64,000 bases of DNA, taken from Balanoglossus misakiensis (Eukaryota > Animalia > Hemichordata). The translations under genes and the position numbers were made by a program. The number at the start of each line of letters is the position of its first letter. Position 1 is the first letter of the stretch. Under the pieces are notes generated by a model. The model did not search any database, was not told the origin of the DNA, and saw nothing but the letters and a program-made list of their open reading frames with translations. Shown one piece after another: positions 39,140 through 48,892 of this stretch. The DNA is taken from positions 6,207,519 to 6,271,518 of the forward strand of contig CM082580.2 in assembly GCA_040954595.2 (NCBI GenBank). Reading direction: 5' to 3'.

Positions 39140-40193
39140 GTCCCACCCAATGATTACACACACTGTGATATTGGTAAGTACAGCAATGTACATGCATAGT
39201 ATCACCAGAACCGAGTGCAACTTTCAAGGTGTTGCAGCGTAGTGCGCCCTCTACGGTTGACTAGTTTTGGCCTGGCATATTCCTTTAACGTTACTCACTG
39301 CATATTATGCACACAGGAGGCACAAAAGTACACTACATGGCAATAAACAAAAATTGATAAAATTACTTTGGACATTTGGATTAAATTTACCTCACATTCA
39401 ATTACTGCATCAGTAGAGAAGCTGACAACCCGATTGAAATTTTGTTCAAAGTACATTTCATGTTCCTGCCTGGAATATTCAGCATTTAGGCACATAATTT
39501 AAATTTTAGTCAAAATCTTGGAGCCAACTGGGATAACTTCCCCGAGTATATTTAACTAAACGACCCACCCTACTTTCCCATGCATGCATGAAAATAGACC
39601 AGCTATTAAAGTTTCATTGTCAAAAATATACAAATCTTTAGGGGTGACAAAATAACTGCTTCATGAAAGATGTACCCGTGTTGTCCCCATTGAGAAAAAT
39701 AATTTGGCAATTAGTTAGCAACCAAACCAGCTGTCTATCATTCACACTGGTAAGCAGATACATTGATAAATTTGTATAGCTCTGGCCATTTGACTGTTAA
39801 TGACGCACAGTTGATGCCGCTAGAAATTTTGGTTCTACAAAATCAAAATGGACGACACTTGGTGGTCAAATCTTACCAGGCACTTTTTGGCCTCAGACAT
39901 ACATACTAGTAGTATTACATGTACTTACCCAATATCAGCTTGCTTATAAATCTGAGATGTTAAAACTCACAGGAAAAAATGAAAACACTAAAACTGACAT
40001 GACGACTTAATACTCTTATAAAACCTTGCACGGTAACGAATAAAGTTAACTCCTGCACTCTGAAAGAAAATATATCTCTTGACTGTGGAAAACAACATCA
40101 TGATATCTGTAAATTAAGAGATGTCTTAAATTACAAAAATACTCTGGAAATAAGTTTTTCACAACATGGACAGTTAAAAACCTGTTCTCTTGA

Positions 40194-41332
40194 TTATTTC
40201 CACGTCCACTTGGGATTGCCACCATGAACTGTTGCGCTGGTTTTACTGGCGCCCGCACCCCCTCCTCTGTCTCCCTGTGAACCGTCCCTAATGGGGATAC
40301 CCCCTCTTCTGCGCCTCCCTCTCCCTGACCACTGCCTGGAAGACCGGGTTCCGTCGTGCGACTGCGTCTGTGGAGGGTTCTCCGTTTCCTGGTGATTGGC
40401 AGTGTCTGCAGCGTTCCCGTGGTGCGGGTTGTAGTGTCTGTGGTCATATCCGGCGTGTCCACGCCTCATGAATCGCCGGAAGGGCCTCGTCCGCCCCCTG
40501 TGCATTGAGTCTTGCTGTACGTTGTGCTCGTAGTGCCGCCGGTGGTTGGAGTCCGCGTTCTGCCCGGCGCTGATGGCCCGGACGTAGTCCCTCCCCCGGC
40601 CCTCTCGGGGTTCGTTCCCCCTGTCGTCGTGGATGTCGCTCTTGCTGCGGGCGAAATAGCCGCGTCCCCGTCCCCTGAAACCCCCTCTTGCCCGGCCGCC
40701 GGCGATCCTTCTCCGATTGACCCCCCTGCCTCTAAACGCAGGCGTCTGGGTGCCGGAATCTTCCGTCACGGGACAGGTGCCGCTGTCGTCCACCTCGGTG
40801 TGCCTGTCGTCCTCGCTGTCTGTACTGTGCGCCTGATGTCCCTGATAGTGGCCCCCGCGTGCATCCACTGCCGCGCTTTTGTGTCTCGGCTTGCGCCCTC
40901 GCTTGGCGGGCTCGCTGAGCCGCCGCGACTGATGTCGGGGCGATTGCGTGAGAGACGTGTCGCTCTTCGACGACAACAGTTTCTGTTTCGGCCTCCTGAT
41001 CGCGTCGGCGTAGCTCGAAGTAGACGAACCGTTTCCGGTCGTCAGCGAGGTCACCGTCGATGTCGACTCCGACCCCGACCCCCTCGGAGTGACGCTGCCC
41101 TCCTCCTCGCCTTTCTCCTCGTCGGATCCGACCATGAACAGCACCTTTCCGGACATGTCGGATGATTGTCTCTGTGGGCGCACTGAGAGTTGCGTTGGGG
41201 AGGGCTCTGTCGACTTCTCGGAGAAAGACCTGTGGCGCCCATTGGCTGGCGGTGACGTCACTCCGGTGAGACTGGCTGGTGGCGGGTTGGTCATTTTACC
41301 GGCCACGACATTCGCCCAAACACCGGGGTTGC
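40194..41332 (-). CDS. MAP3K20: ZAK coding exon 14 (Ser-rich, RGG-rich C-terminus)
   Basis: Acceptor cctag|GC, phase compatible; long open frame with SYADAIRR, DSG motifs and RGG boxes; stop at 40194. Confidence 0.85.
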
Positions 41333-41637
41333 CTAGGAAACAAAGCATATTTCATGATGACCAATCTTGAGGGAAACTTTCTGAAGAACATTCTACAATT
41401 CAATCTTCTGTGAAGGTTAATTACAAACCAATTTCGTTGCCAGAAATTAATCCAAGATTTACAGTCCATACAGATATCAATGGTACTGTGATTTTGATTT
41501 CACAGATTCAGCAGATGAATTTGTGAACTAGACCTGTACTTTTACATGCAATTCTTACAACAAGATCATTGAACAATAGTACAAAACTGTAGTACACAGG
41601 TCAGGGAGAGTTCAAAGTTCACAGTTCGCCCACTTAC

Positions 41638-41926
41638 TTCCACTTCTCTCCCTGTGAGGCTGAGGAGCCGCCATGTAGCTGAGGTTCCTGTCGCTCCAGA
41701 CGCCCTTCAGCGCCGGCGAGGTGGTGGACTGGGAGAGCGGCCGACTTCCGTGGTGCGGAGAGTTGTAGAACACCGGAGAGTGGCATTCCGTGGGCGTGCT
41801 GCGCCCAGAGCTGCCACTTCCGCCGCTCTTGTAGACGACGCTGACCGACTTCTCGCTGCGGGCCCCGCCCTCGCTCAGCCCCACTTTGTGGATGTGCTTG
41901 GTGCTGCGGGGTTTCTTCACGTGATT
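41638..41926 (-). CDS. MAP3K20: ZAK coding exon 13
   Basis: cag|NHVKKPRSTKHIHKV...RERSG A|gtaagt. Confidence 0.82.
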
Positions 41927-42196
41927 CTGTGTGCGCGGAATCCAAAAATGAACACAGAACAGTTTTATCACTCACATCAAATCACATGGTCAAGAAGAGA
42001 GGTTTTTCTGTCAAATTGGATGATTTTCGGATCACTGATTCAGGTCTGAGTGAAAGAAATCCTATGTCATTGGAATGTTGATATGAACTTCCATGCATAC
42101 ATTATATTCCATTTTTTAATGCATTTCTTTCATATGGAAATTGTTTCCAATCCCATTTTTTGTGATTATGATAGTCTGAAAATAACATCATCTCAC

Positions 42197-42388
42197 CTCA
42201 TAAGTAACCACACACTCCACAGACATGGACTGGGTCGGTCCGACTCGCCACGTTTCTTCCACAAATGGAGGATGCGTCAGAGTGACCATGTCGTACGGAG
42301 ACGACTTGGAAATAAAAGTCACACTCCGGATGCAGGTCAGAGCCTGAGCGTCTCCGTCAATCTCCAGATACAGCTTCCATTTGTGAGC
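42197..42388 (-). CDS. MAP3K20: ZAK coding exon 12 (YEATS-like)
   Basis: AHKWKLYLEIDGD...HPPFVEETW...VVTYE|gtgaga. Confidence 0.87.
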
Positions 42389-42756
42389 CTTCGGAAAATG
42401 ATACGAAACATGCATTTTCAACTAGTCTAAAAATTCAAATGTCAATGAAGCCAAGTGCATTTTGATCGTCTACATTACGATACAATAGTATCAGGGATGT
42501 TTACTTCCTAGTAGTGTATCATTAAAGACATTTCCCACCAACAGTCAGGGTTAGGGACAGGGTTAGAGTAAGTGTTGGGGAGGGGGAATTTTCAGGGGGG
42601 TGACACTCCTAGAACCAACAGTATCACCATGACTGAGATTTTTTAATATGATACATAATTTCTTTAGAATAAAATTAACATTCATTAGACAACATTTTGT
42701 TCTGGGCAATGCTAATTTGAAATCGTGCAACAAAAATTGATGGGAGTGCAGCATAC

Positions 42757-42855
42757 CTGTACTGTAGCACCAAGCCGACAGTGATTACCAAACAGCAAGG
42801 TGAACATCAATGTCTTCGGCTGTGCGGATGGTGGCAGCTTGGTCTGAGATACTGC
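42757..42855 (-). CDS. MAP3K20: ZAK coding exon 11
   Basis: tag|AVSQTKLPPSAQPKTLMFTLLFGNHCRLGATVQ|gtatgc. Confidence 0.85.
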
Positions 42856-43030
42856 CTAGAAAAGGAAATATATACACAAAGTCAAATGTGCGACGACAAC
42901 TGCAAGTGTCTGGAGGATGACGTTTTTCTGTGTTGGTTTGCACCATTCAACATGGGGGGGGGGGGGGAAGATCAAATGGTGGAGACAATGCACACATGAA
43001 AACTTGCACGATGGCTGGAAACACACTTAC

Positions 43031-43233
43031 CACTGATAATGGCGGGAAATGCACCAGTCTGTGGTAGTCGAGTTTCAACGTTTCAATTTCCGTGAAAAGA
43101 TCAACCCTGTGTCCGACGGAGGTGATGCCCATGGCTTTGAGATCGTCGTGAGTGAGCAGCAGCAATCGGTGTCCGTTGATGTTGTTCTTCTTGAAAATTT
43201 CAGCATACTGAGACAGGTCATTGGAATTCACAC
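43031..43233 (-). CDS. MAP3K20: ZAK coding exon 10 (SAM domain)
   Basis: LSQYAEIFKKNNINGHRLLLLTHDDLKAMGITSVGHR...HFPPLSV|gtaagt. Confidence 0.92.
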
Positions 43234-43539
43234 CTGCATTGTGAGACAGGAGAATATTTCCAGACGAAAATAATTTTTCCTGAACATCTGCAGATCTAAC
43301 GCAGCTAGTCTCCGACAGTCTATGTATATGAATTCAGTATCTCTAGCAAGTTCCACTAAAGTCACAGCAATAACTCTGGGATTGACCTCCACAATCGCGA
43401 AAAATTGTTAAATATGCAAATATACAGTTAGCTAGCACAGTCAGATCTCCAGGAGATCAAATCCAGTTCAGGACTTATTCTGGAATATCACAAGTTCATC
43501 AACGCCAATTTGCAAATAAAACTTCCGGCATGAACTTAC

Positions 43540-43751
43540 TGACACTTCCTAATTCTTGTATCATCTGATACACCTGATCTTCGGTCCACTGGTTGACATC
43601 GTGATTCAGCGCGGGGCCGTGTAAATGTAGCTGCTCCAATTCCTTCTCTCTCTGCTGAATCATCTTCTCTCGCTCTTCAAGTTCTCTCTCGCGAGTGTCC
43701 AAGTTCCTCTCCACTTTCTTCAGCCTTTCGAAAGTTTCCTCTATGCCTTGC
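43540..43751 (-). CDS. MAP3K20: ZAK coding exon 9 (leucine zipper and SAM start)
   Basis: IEETFERLKKVERNLDTRERELEERE...WTEDQVYQMIQEL; GT-AG, phases compatible. Confidence 0.9.
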
Positions 43752-43961
43752 CTGTAATAATTGAAATGGGAGTTCAACCAGAAATACCGGTAGGACTGAA
43801 CTTCACACAATCAGCACTTAACCCTTTAATTAACCCCCATTTCCATCAATAGAGGTCCAATCTTGCCATAAAACAATGGGTTTGGACTGAACCATGGTGG
43901 TGAAAGGATTAAAAATACAACAGAAGCACTCATTCCGAAAAATACAATTGTACTGCCTTAC

Positions 43962-44013
43962 CTCCATTCTTGCTTGTTGTCAAGAAATGAGTTTGTTTCA
44001 TCAGGCAAACCAC
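43962..44013 (-). CDS. MAP3K20: ZAK coding exon 8
   Basis: ccag|GLPDETNSFLDNKQEW(R)|gtaagg. Confidence 0.88.
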
Positions 44014-44270
44014 CTGGAATAAAAAAACAAACATCATTTATTAATGCTTAAAAAAAACGTTAATATTTTGGCATATTTCTGTACTGTGAGTGTGCAGCAT
44101 TGTGTAATTTTGTCATCGTGAATTTTAGAGTGAAATTTCTTAGGAAGCACAGTATGATACAATGAAAACTTTGTCTGAGCTCTTACGAGAGACAAAGTGA
44201 TTTCTAGTCTGTTACTTTGCTGAACTGCATAGTCAAGATAAACTTTTTGGCCCTTCATGGGAAAACTTAC

Positions 44271-44400
44271 TATCAGTTGTCATGTCTTCGATTTTTGCCA
44301 GAATCTCGGGGAAGGACGGCCTCTTCTTGGGATCTTCCAACCAACACCGTTGCATCAAATCAGCAAAGCTATCCGGACAGCTGTCTGGAATTGTCAACCT
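44271..44400 (-). CDS. MAP3K20: ZAK coding exon 7
   Basis: RLTIPDSCPDSFADLMQRCWLEDPKKRPSF, kinase subdomain XI. Confidence 0.93.
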
Positions 44401-44657
44401 CTGAAACCGCACGTAACGTACTACATGTGAGGTCACAACGGGTTAGAATGTTTGCAACGCTCTACTCCTCTGGAATAAGAAGACTAGCTTCAATGGTACC
44501 CAACCCAGACTATGGCTACCTCCACTTGTAAGGGAGTCACGGCAGAAACTTTGAGGTGTCATCACATATCCAGTGTTAACAAAAATATCACCACAGCTAG
44601 GTATCTCCATTTAACACATATTTTGTATTTTCACTTAATAGCAAATCTGTCATTTCA

Positions 44658-44825
<168 letters not shown>

Positions 44826-44970
44826 TCAGTGAACGCCATGTAATTGAAAGACTGATTATCAGGGATAATGATCATAGATCATAGACATCATTGTACACAC
44901 TACAAATTTCTATTTACAGCTTATTGCACTTAAACATTATTTATAATATAAGTCTCCATGATTTAGTTTA

Positions 44971-45240
<270 letters not shown>

Positions 45241-45255
45241 TTACAGAATGATTTA

Positions 45256-45402
<147 letters not shown>

Positions 45403-45565
45403 TTACTGTATTTTTGGTCTAAAGTTATGAGATGATGACAGCATCCTAATTCACGCTCCTCGAAGAAAAATCTGAACTTGGTCCTATGACATGCATATAA
45501 CATGCAAACAGTGGAGTTTACAGGCATATTATCATTTCCATTCCCCCCAACACACACACGCTTAC

Positions 45566-45664
45566 CTAAGGCTATCTGCTGTGCCCACGGCAGAATCATT
45601 TGGAAATCAATTTCATTCTTCCCATTGTTTAAGTAGGCGTACAGTGACCCCCAAGGAGCATATT
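45566..45664 (-). CDS. MAP3K20: ZAK coding exon 3
   Basis: EYAPWGSLYAYLNNGKNEIDFQMILPWAQQIALG. Confidence 0.93.
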
Positions 45665-45860
45665 CTGAAAAAGGAAGAATCCAATAAAATATGAAACTGA
45701 AACTATCCATGTAAATGTGTCAGTGGGTCAAGGGTCAATTGCAATTACCCAGTACCGGTAACACTGTGCAAATAAGAACCTAGCTACGGAACAAAGCTGT
45801 CGAACATCAAGTTGTATTAATTTGATTCAGAAAGAACTGAGAGATCTACACTTGACTCAC

Positions 45861-45948
45861 CAGTGACAAGGCAATAGTTGGGTTCCTGAGTTACAGCACC
45901 ATAGAACTGAATGATATGCCTGTGGCTCAGAACGCTCAGCACATCAGC
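45861..45948 (-). CDS. MAP3K20: ZAK coding exon 2
   Basis: ADVLSVLSHRHIIQFYGAVTQEPNYCLVT. Confidence 0.93.
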
Positions 45949-45992
45949 CTGGCAAAACAAGACAAGAAAGCATGTTAGACAAAATCAAATCA

Positions 45993-46406
<414 letters not shown>

Positions 46407-47299
46407 TCACGGTCACAAATGTAATCAGCAGCAACGTATAATTCAATTGCACTTCAAATGTTAGAATGTGTATAAAGCTGTACTGCTTGTGATGGGCTGG
46501 AGGCCTTGTACACAATAAAGCAGTATGATTACAATTTTAAGAACATTTTCATAGGGTCCTAACACAATATCAATGTTGTGGCACTATTCAGTGGCCTAGC
46601 TGTCTTATATCATTCTCATAATTAATCATTAACACAATGAGTTTTGAGTCCTTCAAGGCATCTGTTGGATCTATGGGCACCAGTACAGTTGACACAATTA
46701 TCAGCTAATTCCAAGGACACAGATCATTGTTGGTATCTTACACTCAGCTAACACAGAGTACAGGGTTGCCTTTTGTTCTGTCAGATAGCAAGTAAGGCTT
46801 GACCTTGAACTACAAGCACAACATTGCAGCTCATTATTAAATGAACATGATGTTGTGTATCTTTAATACACAACATCATTAGGATGCGGTCTGAAATATA
46901 CATGAAGGTTGGATCAGCGGCAGTCACATGTGAGGATGGATGAATCATGGTCTGCTCAAGTTCTGTATGTTGTTTACTAAACTTTCTATTGCCAACACAC
47001 CTTGATGTCACCGAAACAAGTCTGCTTCATACGCCCTATGGTATTGCAGCTGTTGCACTGCATGTGTGGTTGGGGAACCCTGGCTATGCAAATTCACGTA
47101 GTACCCCCCCCCCCCCCCCCGTAGCGATATTGCGCAAGACGTTGGGAGAACGTTTAATGGCTTCACATCACTGTAAACAATGACGTAGAGCGTGACTGTG
47201 AAGGATGGGCTGTTTTTCTCATGATGACTGTGATCATCACGTTACATGAATCAGTTTGCACACACGGCACAATCAAAGCCACTGTAGAATGCTCAACTT

Positions 47300-48300
47300 T
47301 GGCCTGGGACAAAAATGCACAGCACAGTCCACCAAACTGGCGATCGTAAAACTGATTATTCGCTCTATTGTCGATTTCGTGGTTGGCGTACGCGTCCAAT
47401 GCAATGCACAAACAACATGACATGTGTATGCGTCGAACGCACACACACAACACCGACAAGTATACTATGACATCAACAGTGACAGACCGTTACAGAGTAA
47501 ATGCACAATTACCCGCCGTCTTGAAAACGTCCCGATGAAAGCGTAACTGTGAATTACGTGTAAATGATCGTGTCTGAGTCACCCTGCATGCCACAGTCCT
47601 CCTTCCTCAGCTGCCAGGCCTAGTTGTGTACCTGCCGTAAAACGCGCTGTGGTTGACATTTTGTAGTTATACTTTCCTTCTTACGGAATAATCATGGCAA
47701 AGGCAAGCATGGATGATTTTAAAATAAATATCTAAAATTCTCCTATTATTTTAAATATCATGAAATACATACTTTAAATCAAGACAGCGAAATGTACTTT
47801 ACGTTATTCTTGTTGATTGAAATTTACTCTTTTGCGATAGTACCTTTTAACGCGCGTACTCTTTCAACATGAGAGCTATTTATAAAGGAAATGTCAATAT
47901 TTTATTGGTTTGTTTCAATTTAAAAAGCTTTTAATTCAACCTTGATAATATATAAATCAATATTAATATGATTTAATTAGAAGAAATGTCAGGAATAACA
48001 ATTTTGGAAGGAACTTTTCTTGGCCAGCTGATAATGTATACGAACGAGGATGGGAAATGATTGTTTACGGCCTGGCCAGGAAGCGGGTAGCGGGGGATCT
48101 ACCGAGGGGCGGAGAATCAAGCCTCAGCTATAGAGTAACATCGAACACAGCAAACAAATATGTTTCAAAGTAAGATAATCACATATGCACGATTATGAAC
48201 AATTTCGATGACTTTTGCTGTTATTATTGCGTTCCCATGGAAGCGAGTTGTAAACAAGTCTCCGACAGTCAGCGCATGGTATCCAATGTTAGCACTGTCT
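47300..48300. promoter_or_regulatory. Putative divergent promoter region of ZAK and nhl-1
   Basis: Head-to-head genes; locally CpG-retaining blocks flank an AT-rich spacer (~47700-48010); candidate leader-exon donors at 47512 (-, gtaatt) and 48170 (+, gtaaga). Confidence 0.5.
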
Positions 48301-48523
48301 GCAATAAATGTACATAGTTGACGACACGTCAAATTATCAAATGTTGAAAAGAATCAGTGTAAACTGTTTGTATGTGAGTAATACACCCGGTCATGTCACG
48401 TTGTAAAATTGCTGCATTACTCTAGCTCGAGGTTTTGTCCATAACCATACTCTTCTTTGACACATACTGCTGTGCATATACATATGTGCTACTGAGTGTA
48501 CATCTGTCCAAGTGAGATTCTAG

Positions 48524-48728
48524 GGATCTGGTTCTCTTAGTGGACACGACTATACTCCACGGGCGATAATATGGTTTTTTAGGGTTAGGGTTAGGAGGGT
48601 TAGGGTTAGGGTTAAATTCACCCTCACATTGCCACCCCTAACCCTCCTAACCCTAACCCTAACTCACCCTCATTGCCATGGTATCGTTGCCATGGGGTAT
48701 AGTCGTGTCCACTAAGAGAACCAGATCC
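48524..48728. mobile_element. 205-bp MITE carrying inverted TTAGGG/CCCTAA arrays, 8-bp TSD
   Basis: TIR GGATCTGGTTCTCTTAGTGGACACGACTATAC...GTATAGTCGTGTCCACTAAGAGAACCAGATCC (32 bp perfect); TSD GATTCTAG at 48516-48523 and 48729-48736. Confidence 0.92.
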
Positions 48729-48892
48729 GATTCTAGTTCAAATGAACAATATCTACTTGACAGGTTATACCGTTACACATTTGACAGACCCTGGCCTTAT
48801 TTATATTTCTGTATGTATATTTTATTTTCGGGTATCAGATGAAAATGGTGCGTTATATTTTATTGCAGAAAAATACTGACAAAGATGATAAA

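Noticed and set aside
40512-41165. 217-aa plus-strand ORF
   Set aside because: Antisense to the GC-rich ZAK last exon
48578-48665. Head-to-head telomere repeats as a chromosome fusion site
   Set aside because: Enclosed by TIRs and an 8-bp TSD, so transposon-borne
48839-48892. N-terminal extension MKMVRYILLQ of the 881-aa ORF
   Set aside because: Overlaps a T-rich tract and ttgcag acceptor at 48868, so it is probably intronic; ATG 48893 directly precedes the RING
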